Position numbers and translations under genes: made by a program | Shown: piece by piece, positions 17,585-25,682 of the stretch | Numbering within the stretch: position 1 is the stretch's first letter | Layout of the letters: the number at the start of each line of letters is the position of its first letter | The notes under the pieces: model-generated | Told to the model about the DNA's origin: nothing | The model's input: the letters and a program-made list of their open reading frames with translations, nothing else | The model's database searches: none | Sequence record: SRR20825015_268 | Direction: 5' to 3' (one strand) | DNA length: 34,108 bases

Positions 17585-18367
17585 CTAGATGCCGAAACGA
17601 TGCATGAGCTTTGCGAGAGGCGAGCCCTTGGGTGGTCGGGTGTCTTTCAACCCGGCGCTTCTGAGAACCTCATTCCAGAGGTGAATGGTTCTGGTCCGTT
17701 CCGTACAGAATTCATCGAGGCTTCTTTCGCTATCGTAGAGCAAAGGAGCATCCTTGAAGTGTATGGGGTAAAAGACCTCTTCCGGCTCTGCCAGATCAAA
17801 AACCTCGTGCTTTCGCGCGAGATAGGTGATTGCCTTTGGGCCGAAGGTTCCCCAAGGCAGAGTTGCGGGTTCGATCTTTTTGCCAAGGAGCCATGACTTC
17901 AAGCGAAGGCGATTGGCATCGCGACCACGCGTCCATGGCGGGATGATGTCCCGCTTGAAGAAGGACAAGACCTCTTCAATAACTGGATGATCCGGTCTTG
18001 CGTATAGCAGAGCGCCATTTATGTACGTGGCGCTTTCTCGGCCGAAAACGATGTCTTTCTCGAAATTTACAGGCTTGAGGCAGATCATGTCCAAATCTGC
18101 CCAGGCACCACGTTCCTTTTTTTGAAGAAGGAAACGGAAGTAATCGGATGCGAGGGCGTAAGAACCGGTTTTTCTGTGGCGAAGCCGCTCTACTTCCGTA
18201 CGGGGAAGTATTTCCTCAGCATCAATATTTTCTACACCAGGGGGTGTATTTTTTATCTCATCAAATGAATAAAGAGCAACGTCGTGACCAGTATCAACAA
18301 AACTTTTCGCTGAAAGGATCTCGATAGTTCCAAGATTTCCGCCGATCCATAGTGTGTTGATTCTCAT
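17585..18367 (-). CDS. DXD-motif glycosyltransferase (GT32/alpha-1,4-GT-like)
   Basis: LWIG..L..IE.LS.KSF...GH.V.LYSF, SDYFRF, GAWADLD, GPKAIT, VFYPI, IHLWN. Confidence 0.8.
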   Translation of the reverse strand: MRINTLWIGGNLGTIEILSAKSFVDTGHDVALYSFDEIKNTPPGVENIDAEEILPRTEVERLRHRKTGSYALASDYFRFLLQKKERGAWADLDMICLKPVNFEKDIVFGRESATYINGALLYARPDHPVIEEVLSFFKRDIIPPWTRGRDANRLRLKSWLLGKKIEPATLPWGTFGPKAITYLARKHEVFDLAEPEEVFYPIHFKDAPLLYDSERSLDEFCTERTRTIHLWNEVLRSAGLKDTRPPKGSPLAKLMHRFGI

Positions 18368-19200
18368 GTCAGTATTTTTTTCAATCTAGATTTCAATCCT
18401 TCAGAAATCTGAGTCTTGAATTCTCCGCTAACCTTATTTTTCGTGAATATTTTCTTCTGTCTTATGCCAAATAATTCTCGAAATCCGTTTTCCAGCGCCT
18501 CGGTCGCGGGGGCACCGAACTCATTAATAATATTGGTTCGCCCATCCGGCTGTTTGGGCATGTAGAGTGTGGGGATGCCCATTGCCATGCAAGGCATTGC
18601 CGCATGTATCCGCGAGGTGACAACCAGAGTGGCCTTATCCCTGTACATGGCAAGCAGGTCTTTGGCGAACGCCCTTTGAACAGGTGACGAGACCGGAGCA
18701 ACCTCATGCTGGATGGAAAGCTTTCTTTTCCAACGCTTAACCCGGTGAGCCGCTTTGGGGGCATCCACGAGAACTACGAGCTCTTCGTCGGGCTCCTTTG
18801 TGCGTGTCGGGAAAGTGAGGGTCGTGCAATAAGACAGATACGCCTCCACCCCCCAGCTCTTTACCATATCCAGAGTGCTCTGATCGCGGCATCCGATCGG
18901 AGCGTGTTTCTTGAAGTAGTCTAAGTGCTTTCGATAGTGCTCGGCAGCTTCAGGGGTGATGTGGAAGCCATGAAATATGGGGACGATCTTTTCGTTCGGT
19001 GGCCATGCTTGGGGGCAATGACTGAACCAGCCATTCATGACGAGGATACATTCGTCACCCTGATACGTGTTTAGAGAATCACGGTCCAGGTAGAAATCGA
19101 CCTGGGGTAGATGCTGCTCGACCGCCAAGGTTTGAATCCAATCGCCGATATTGGCAAGGATGCCCGTCGGATACTGAAATGAAAGGGCGGCAATCTTCAT
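18364..19200 (-). CDS. Polysaccharide pyruvyl transferase family protein
   Basis: NIGDWIQTLA, MNGWF, PIGCRD, VVTSRIHAAMPCMAMGIP. Confidence 0.8.
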   Translation of the reverse strand: MKIAALSFQYPTGILANIGDWIQTLAVEQHLPQVDFYLDRDSLNTYQGDECILVMNGWFSHCPQAWPPNEKIVPIFHGFHITPEAAEHYRKHLDYFKKHAPIGCRDQSTLDMVKSWGVEAYLSYCTTLTFPTRTKEPDEELVVLVDAPKAAHRVKRWKRKLSIQHEVAPVSSPVQRAFAKDLLAMYRDKATLVVTSRIHAAMPCMAMGIPTLYMPKQPDGRTNIINEFGAPATEALENGFRELFGIRQKKIFTKNKVSGEFKTQISEGLKSRLKKILT

Positions 19201-19256
19201 TGGAGTGTCCCAGCGACTCTTCTGGATTTATCGAGAATGCATGACGCACCAGCGCC

Positions 19257-19730
19257 CTAGTCGATCGCCACGAGGCCTTCGTCCTTTACCTGGCGAATGG
19301 TGAGTGCGGTGCGGACCGTGTCTACATTGGGCGCGGATGTCAGCTCTTCGATCACGAAGGTCTGGAAGGTGGTGAGATCGGTCGCCACGCAATGCAGCAT
19401 GAAATCGGAATCGCCAGAGACCATCCATGCGCGGCGCACGATTGGCCATTTGAGCGTTCGCTGAGCGAAAGTCTTCAGCTCGGTCTCAGACTGATAGTGA
19501 AGGCCGATCAGGCAGAAGGCGACCACATCATAGCCAAGTGCCGGGGAATTGAGCAGGGCGCGGTAGCCCTTGATGATGCCGCCTTCCTCCAGCCGCTTTA
19601 CGCGCCGGAGGCAGGGCGGAGCGGAGATGCCAACACGGCGCGAAAGCTCGACATTGGTCATTTTGCCGTCGGCCTGAAGCTCACGCAGAATTTTCCAGTC
19701 GATTGCGTCAAGATCAGCCTGTAGCGGCAT
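19257..19730 (-). CDS. Lrp/AsnC family transcriptional regulator
   Basis: LDAIDWKILRELQADGKMTNVELSRRVGISAPPCLRRVKRLEEGGIIKGY. Divergent from trxB, as in rhizobia. Confidence 0.93.
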   Translation of the reverse strand: MPLQADLDAIDWKILRELQADGKMTNVELSRRVGISAPPCLRRVKRLEEGGIIKGYRALLNSPALGYDVVAFCLIGLHYQSETELKTFAQRTLKWPIVRRAWMVSGDSDFMLHCVATDLTTFQTFVIEELTSAPNVDTVRTALTIRQVKDEGLVAID

Positions 19731-20118
19731 GGTGTTTCCCATTTCTGCTCTAAACGCGCGAGAATCTTTCACGCGCGCAGACCGAAATTAGGGCAAGCGC
19801 CCTGCCAAGCCAAGCAATGCCTTCACCGGCAGGGTGGACTATCCACCGTGTTTGAAACCGTGGCAAACGAACAAATGCGCAGGAGCGGCATTCGGTAGCT
19901 GTTGGAAACCTGTTCCTCGCCTTGCACTTTGCGGTGGTGAATACTTAGATCATGTCACCGATTTGTTTTGGATGGTGGCCTAGGGATGACGCCCGCAGGT
20001 CTGCTGTCCGGTTTCGCGTTTTCTGCCCGCTGGCGGGGCCGACGCGCTCACAAGTCAAGAATGCCCGATGGGAGCGGAACATGCCCGCGGGTGCTTTTAG
20101 GAAGAAAGGATTTCATCC

Positions 20119-21093
20119 ATGTCACGTCGTCACGCGCCCGTCCTTATCATCGGCTCGGGTCCGGCCGGATACACGGCGGCGATCTATGCGGCGCGCGCCA
20201 TGCTGAAGCCTCTTCTTGTGGCCGGGCTGGAGCAGGGTGGCCAGCTCATGATCACCACCGAGGTGGAAAATTATCCCGGTTTTGCCGATCCGATCCAGGG
20301 GCCGTGGCTCATGGAACAGATGCGCGGCCAGGCTGAAAACGTCGGAGCGGAAATCGCCAATGACCTCATTGTCGATGTGGATCTGTCGTCGCGCCCCTTT
20401 GTGCTCAGGGGCGATTCCGGCACCGAATATAGCTGCGATGCGCTGATCATCGCCACCGGTGCAAAGGCAAAGTGGCTTGGCCTGCCGTCCGAACAGACCT
20501 TTATGGGATTTGGTGTTTCGGCCTGTGCGACCTGTGACGGCTTCTTCTACCGTGGCAAGGATGTTGCCGTTGTGGGCGGCGGTAACACCGCTGTCGAGGA
20601 GGCGCTTTACCTTTCTAACCTCGCAAAGTCGGTGACGCTCATCCATCGCCGCGACGAATTGCGCTCGGAGCGTATCCTTCAGGAGCGTCTGATGGCCAAG
20701 GAGAACGTGACGATCATGTGGGATACGGTGGTCGAGGAGATCACCGGGACGCCCGCAAAACCGCCCATGCCTGCATCCGCTTCGGGCGTGCGTGTGAAAA
20801 ACGTGCACACGGGGGCTGTGTCCGATCTGGCGGTGGATGGCATCTTCGTCGCGATCGGCCATGCCCCCGCGGTCGAGTTATTTGAAGGCAAGCTCAAGCA
20901 GAAGCCCAATGGCTATCTGTGGACGCAGCCTGGAACCACGCAGACGGATGTTCCGGGGGTGTTTGCCGCAGGTGATGTGGCCGACGACATTTATCGCCAG
21001 GCCGTGACGGCAGCGGGGCTTGGCTGCATGGCGGCACTGGAAGCAGAGAAGTATCTGGCAGCCATGGAATCGAAGAAAGAAGCTGCCGAATAA
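20119..21093 (+). CDS. trxB: Thioredoxin-disulfide reductase
   Basis: [49 protein letters not shown]...YRQAVTAAG. Confidence 0.97.
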   Translation: MSRRHAPVLIIGSGPAGYTAAIYAARAMLKPLLVAGLEQGGQLMITTEVENYPGFADPIQGPWLMEQMRGQAENVGAEIANDLIVDVDLSSRPFVLRGDSGTEYSCDALIIATGAKAKWLGLPSEQTFMGFGVSACATCDGFFYRGKDVAVVGGGNTAVEEALYLSNLAKSVTLIHRRDELRSERILQERLMAKENVTIMWDTVVEEITGTPAKPPMPASASGVRVKNVHTGAVSDLAVDGIFVAIGHAPAVELFEGKLKQKPNGYLWTQPGTTQTDVPGVFAAGDVADDIYRQAVTAAGLGCMAALEAEKYLAAMESKKEAAE

Positions 21094-21169
21094 CCGGGAA
21101 CGACGCAGCGACGGGAACGGGCGGTAACGCCCATGACGGTACAGGCGCCTGACAGAGGAGAACGAGGCG

Positions 21170-22060
21170 TTGGACTGGGACAAGCTCAGGGTTTTTCACG
21201 CCGCCGCAGAGGCTGGCTCGTTTACGCACGCCGCTGAAACGCTGCATCTTTCGCAGTCGGCCATTTCACGCCAGGTGAGTGCGCTTGAACTGGAAGTGGG
21301 GGTGCCGCTTTTCCATCGGCACGCGCGCGGGCTGGTTCTTACCGAACAGGGCGAGATGCTTTATCGCACCGCTCATGACGTGCTGATGCAGCTTGAAAGC
21401 GTGCGCGTGCGCCTGACCGAGGCGAAGGATCGCCCGTCCGGTCTGTTGAAGGTTTCCACCACGGTGGGGCTCGGCACGGGCTGGCTGACGGAACGGTTGC
21501 CGGAGTTCATCGAGCTCTACCCGGACATCGAATTGCAACTCATTCTCGACAATGAGGAGCTCGACCTGACCATGCGGCAGGCGGATTGCGCGATTCGGAT
21601 GCGCCAGCCGCAGCAGCCGGATCTGATCCAGCGCAAGCTGTTCACGGTGCATTTCCATCTCTTTGCCTCGCCCTCCTATGTGAACAAGCACGGAAAGCCG
21701 GCCTCGATCGCCGATCTCGACAAGCATCGGATCGTGACTTTCGGCGAGGCGGTGCCGCCGCATCTCAGCGATATGAACTGGCTGGAAACCGCCGGGCGTC
21801 CGGAGGGGCAGAAGCGCCAGACGGCTCTGCAGATCAACAACATCCTGTCGATCAAACTGGCTGTGCAGCGCGGGGCCGGGATTGCCATGCTGCCCGATTA
21901 CGTGGTCGGCAAGAGCAACGATCTGGTGCAGCTTCTGCCGGAAACCGCCGTGCCGTCGTTCGACACATATTTCTGCTATCCGAACGTGATGAAAAATCAG
22001 GCAAAGCTTCACGCTTTCCGGGACTTCCTCATTTCAAAATCAAGGCATTGGGCATTTTGA
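21170..22060 (+). CDS. lsrB: LysR-type regulator LsrB/VtlR
   Basis: TTG start after GAGGAG; DWDKLRVFHAAAEAGSFTHAAETLHLSQSAISRQV. Lies between trxB and an AbcR-like sRNA, the conserved Rhizobiales arrangement. Confidence 0.88.
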   Translation: MDWDKLRVFHAAAEAGSFTHAAETLHLSQSAISRQVSALELEVGVPLFHRHARGLVLTEQGEMLYRTAHDVLMQLESVRVRLTEAKDRPSGLLKVSTTVGLGTGWLTERLPEFIELYPDIELQLILDNEELDLTMRQADCAIRMRQPQQPDLIQRKLFTVHFHLFASPSYVNKHGKPASIADLDKHRIVTFGEAVPPHLSDMNWLETAGRPEGQKRQTALQINNILSIKLAVQRGAGIAMLPDYVVGKSNDLVQLLPETAVPSFDTYFCYPNVMKNQAKLHAFRDFLISKSRHWAF

Positions 22061-22090
22061 CGCAGTATTTCCCAAGAAATACGGGGCGTT

Positions 22091-22116
22091 ATGCAAAATT
22101 GCATGGGTGAATTGCA
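22091..22116 (+). promoter_or_regulatory. LsrB/VtlR-type binding site upstream of the sRNA
   Basis: Palindrome ATGCAAAATTGCAT overlapping GCAT-GGG-TG-AAT-T, just upstream of the -35 element. Confidence 0.55.
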
Positions 22117-22126
22117 AAAACATGTG

Positions 22127-22155
22127 GTTGTTATTTAGGCGCTCATTGCCCATAT
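22127..22155 (+). promoter_or_regulatory. Sigma70-type promoter of the AbcR-like sRNA
   Basis: GTTGTT-N17-CCATAT resembles the rhizobial CTTGAC-N17-CTATAT consensus. Confidence 0.55.
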
Positions 22156-22162
22156 GAGAAGC

Positions 22163-22277
22163 ACTCCCGGGGGCGTTCTCCTCCCATTTGCCCCCGCGAG
22201 TGTTCCCCTCTGGAGGTTTCGCCTATATGGCACTTCCAATGACTAAAGCCGGATCTCCGTGATCCGGCTCTTTTTTT
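22163..22277 (+). ncRNA. abcR: AbcR-family (alpha-r15) Hfq-type small RNA
   Basis: Stem-loop CGGGGGCG/TGCCCCCG with CTCCTCCCA loop (CUCCCA seed), then GTTCCC seed, hairpin TGGAGGT...ACTTCCA, and terminator AGCCGGATC-TCCGT-GATCCGGCT-CTTTTTTT. Downstream of lsrB. The 5' end is estimated. Confidence 0.88.
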
Positions 22278-22338
22278 ATCTGCCGGAGGTTCCCGTGCAT
22301 CGCGGGCGCCCGTGTTTCCAAAGTGGCACGTGTGCAGG

Positions 22339-23316
22339 TCAGCGATAAAGCTGTTCGCTTTCGAGCCCGCTGTAAAGACCTGCGACTTCCTCGGCATAAC
22401 CGTTAAAAAGCTGCGTCGGTATGCGCTCGCCAGTATGAAGTACCCGCTCCTCCGCCTGGCTCCAGCGCGGGTGCGGCACATCCGGGTTCACATTCGCCCA
22501 GAAGCCGTATTCGCTGGCTGCAATCTCCTCCCAGAAACTCACAGGTCTCTTTTCGGTGAAAGAGATGCGTCGGATGGATTTGATGGATTTGAAGCCGTAT
22601 TTCCATGGCAGGGCCAGCCGCAGGGGAGCGCCGAACTGCTTTGCCAGGGGTTTGCCATAGGCGCCAGTGACCATGAAGGCGAGGTCGTTGGAAGCCTCTT
22701 CCATGGTGACGCCCTCTACATATGGCCAAGGATACCAGACCTGCTTCTGCCCCCCGGCGACGGAGGGATCGTTGAAGGTTTCAAAGCGGAGGTAGCGGGC
22801 GGACGAAAGGGGCTTCGCAATCGCCAGGAGAGCTGAAAGCGGAAAGCCGCTCCATGGCACTGTCATTGACCAGGCTTCGACACAGCGATGCCGGTACAGG
22901 CGCTCTTCGAGCGGCATGCGTTTTAACAGATCCTCGAAAGCAATGGTGCCGGGCTTTTCCACGAGGCCATCGATCTCGATATCCCAGGGATGAGTTGAGA
23001 GTGCCTGAGCGGCACGCGCGATCTGTTTGTGCGATCCGAATTCGTAGAAATTGTTGTAAGTGCTGTTCACGTCTTCAGGTGTCAGGGGGCGTTCGATTCT
23101 GTAGGCATCGTTCCGCTTTACAGGGTAAAGGGATGCGGTGCGTGACGCGGCGTCTTCCGCTGCCTGCGCCCTGGCTGTCCCGGGCAGCAAGCCTGCGCCG
23201 GCGATCGCCCCAAGACCAAGCCCCGCAAGCACTGTGCGGCGATTGGCGAAAACGCATTCAGGCGTCGCCACGCTTTCGGCTATTGCCCAGCGCGGGCGAC
23301 GGTGGATTGTGGGCAT
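22339..23316 (-). CDS. msrP: Periplasmic methionine sulfoxide reductase catalytic subunit (molybdoenzyme)
   Basis: Tat signal NRRTVLAGL, YNNFYEFG, EERLYRHRCVEAWSM, GAPLRLALPWKYGFKSIKSI, EYGFWANVNP..PHPRWSQA.E. Confidence 0.93.
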   Translation of the reverse strand: MPTIHRRPRWAIAESVATPECVFANRRTVLAGLGLGAIAGAGLLPGTARAQAAEDAASRTASLYPVKRNDAYRIERPLTPEDVNSTYNNFYEFGSHKQIARAAQALSTHPWDIEIDGLVEKPGTIAFEDLLKRMPLEERLYRHRCVEAWSMTVPWSGFPLSALLAIAKPLSSARYLRFETFNDPSVAGGQKQVWYPWPYVEGVTMEEASNDLAFMVTGAYGKPLAKQFGAPLRLALPWKYGFKSIKSIRRISFTEKRPVSFWEEIAASEYGFWANVNPDVPHPRWSQAEERVLHTGERIPTQLFNGYAEEVAGLYSGLESEQLYR

Positions 23317-23428
23317 GGCTTTCTCCAGCGGATTTCTGATAGCATCACCATTGGTAGAACCGCCGCCCGGCGGTTCAAAATCACGGCGCTTCACGATTGC
23401 GTGGCGATCTTTCCGGTTGATGCTCTCA

Positions 23429-25474
23429 TCAAGCAGCCTTGCCCTGCGCGCTCATCGCCGCATCCGCCAGGCGCCCGGTCAATTCGGCCATGTGATCAAA
23501 CGTGGCGCGATAGCTGGCGACGCCTGCCGTGGCGGATCGTAGTTCGATGATCAGATCGCCGGTTTCGGATGCGGGGATCGTCGCCTCTACGATGTCCCAA
23601 CCTGTCCAGCCGGGACGCGCATCGAAGCCGAGAATCTGTCCGCGCCGTTGCGACAGGATAGCGGTGATGCGGGCAGTGGCGTCTGACGGCGTGTAGACCT
23701 CGACCCTGAGGACGGGCTCCAGGAGAACAGGTGAGCACTCGCCAAGCCCTTCCTTCATGGCAAGTCGCCCGGCAAGCTGGAACGCCATGTCTGAGGAATC
23801 CACCGAATGGTAGGAACCGTCCGAGAGGTTGACGGCGAGATCTATGACGGGAAACCCGAGCGGACCGGATTTGAGATAGTCGCGAACGCCCGTTTCGACC
23901 GAGGGTATGTATTGCTTCGGAACGACGCCACCGGTGATCGTGTCGGTGAACTCGAAACCGGAGCCGCGGGGCAGGGGGCGTATCTCGAGCACAACATCGC
24001 CGAACTGGCCGTGACCGCCCGATTGCTTCTTGTGCCGGCCACGCTTTGTGGTGCCCTTGCGGATCGTTTCGCGATAGGCAACGCTCGGCACTGCCGTATC
24101 CACGGGGATCTGGTATTTGCCTTCCAGGCGCTCGCGAGTGACGCGCAGATGCATTTCGCCCTGTCCGCACAGCACGGTTTCCCCCGTCTCCTGCCTTTGT
24201 TCGAGGCCGAGTGACGGGTCTTCCTCGGTGAGCTTCTGCAGGGCGAGGGAGAGCTTTGCCTCGTCTTTGCGTTCGGTCGGATGTACCGCAACCGAATAGA
24301 CGGGGTGAGGGCTCTCGAGTTTGAGGAGAGGTGGATGCGGTGTCCTGGCTGTGGTCAGCGTGTCCCCTGTCTTTACCCCCTCAAGTTTGCCGAGAGCAAT
24401 CGTCTCGCCAGCTTCCGCTTTCGTGACCTTGGTTTGTTCGCGCCCGAGCAGCGTGTAGAGACCGGAAACCTTGTCGACAGTCTGGTCGCTGCGCAGTTCC
24501 ACACCATCGCCGACTGAGCCGGAAAGAACACGTGAGACGGACAGCTTGCCACCATGCGGTGTATGGATTGTTTTCATCACCTGGAGCACGGCTTCACCAG
24601 TAATGTCGAGACCAAGCCGCTCCCATGTCGCTTCAACATCCGGAGCATCGTGCCGGATTGCCTTCAGAAGCCGCAATATGCCGTTGCCTTTTTCTGCTGA
24701 CCCGATCAGCACCGGCGTCACCGAACCGGAACGCAGATCAGCGGCCAGGTCGTCGAAAATCGCATCGCGGGGCGGCTCTATCTCCTCAAGCAGTTGCTCC
24801 ATAAGCCTGTCATCGTGGTCTGCCAGAGTTTCAAGCATGGAGAAGCGTGCCTCGACCTCGCGTGCCCTGTCATCGTCGGAAATGGGTGCGATCTCACTGC
24901 TTGCGTGCTCACGGTAGATGTAGGCGCGTTCAAGCGCGAGATCGATGGACCCGATGACGATGCCGTCCTTGCGCAGAGGAATCTGGCGCAAAAGCAGTGG
25001 GGTGTCGCTGGTCGGTTGCAGCATCTTCAACATGTCGCGCACGCCCAAGGTGGCGTGCTCGATCTTGTTCAGGAAGATCATGCGCGGGATGCCGAGCTCG
25101 TCGAGCCGATGGAGGGTGAGCTGAAGGGCCGGAATTTTCTTCTCGTCGGGTTCGGTGACGACGATGGCCATGTCGACTGCGGTAAGAATCGGATCTGCCT
25201 CATAGGCAAATTCGATTGAGCCGGGACAATCCACGAAAGTAATACTTTCATCGAGAAAGCGAGTGGTGGCGACGCATGCCTCGACACTCATCTGATGCGC
25301 CTTGGCTTCGGCGGAATGATCGCCGACCGTTCCGGACCCGGTACCTGCCTGTTTGGTTATGGCGCCGGTGCGCTCCAAAATGGCTTCGAGCAAAGTTGTC
25401 TTGCCACTTGCAAACGGACCGACAATGGCAATGCACTTCGGTCCGCGGCTTCTCTCTCCCGAACGTTTTCCCAT
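23429..25474 (-). CDS. Elongation factor G paralogue (EF-G II / EF-G2-like)
   Basis: P-loop GPFASGKTTL, DCPG, EEDPSL, GQGEMHL, YRETI, KKQSGGHGQFG, GGVVPKQYIPSV, DGSYHSVDSS, LLEP. RBS GAGGAGG. Not in a str operon. Confidence 0.9.
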   Translation of the reverse strand: MGKRSGERSRGPKCIAIVGPFASGKTTLLEAILERTGAITKQAGTGSGTVGDHSAEAKAHQMSVEACVATTRFLDESITFVDCPGSIEFAYEADPILTAVDMAIVVTEPDEKKIPALQLTLHRLDELGIPRMIFLNKIEHATLGVRDMLKMLQPTSDTPLLLRQIPLRKDGIVIGSIDLALERAYIYREHASSEIAPISDDDRAREVEARFSMLETLADHDDRLMEQLLEEIEPPRDAIFDDLAADLRSGSVTPVLIGSAEKGNGILRLLKAIRHDAPDVEATWERLGLDITGEAVLQVMKTIHTPHGGKLSVSRVLSGSVGDGVELRSDQTVDKVSGLYTLLGREQTKVTKAEAGETIALGKLEGVKTGDTLTTARTPHPPLLKLESPHPVYSVAVHPTERKDEAKLSLALQKLTEEDPSLGLEQRQETGETVLCGQGEMHLRVTRERLEGKYQIPVDTAVPSVAYRETIRKGTTKRGRHKKQSGGHGQFGDVVLEIRPLPRGSGFEFTDTITGGVVPKQYIPSVETGVRDYLKSGPLGFPVIDLAVNLSDGSYHSVDSSDMAFQLAGRLAMKEGLGECSPVLLEPVLRVEVYTPSDATARITAILSQRRGQILGFDARPGWTGWDIVEATIPASETGDLIIELRSATAGVASYRATFDHMAELTGRLADAAMSAQGKAA

Positions 25475-25682
25475 GGTCGGCGGCCTCCTCACACGCGTTT
25501 ACCCGTACACGTTTCATGAGCGGCGGCCGGCCAGAGCGGCCGTCGCGCGGTCGTGACGCGTAGACGGATGATCAGGAGCATTCTCCGCCCTTGAAGAACC
25601 CGCTTTCGGCACTCACAAGCCGATGCGCCAACGTTTTCCGACGAATATCGTCACATGGCTTTGAGTTTTGGGCAAGAGGTTC

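Noticed and set aside
17585..19200. Mobile element or prophage explanation for the low-GC segment
   Set aside because: No integrase, transposase, tRNA target or flanking direct/inverted repeats were seen.
21133..21237. Out-of-frame short ORF overlapping the lsrB start
   Set aside because: No clear RBS and no conservation evidence; the TTG start of lsrB has its own GAGGAG.
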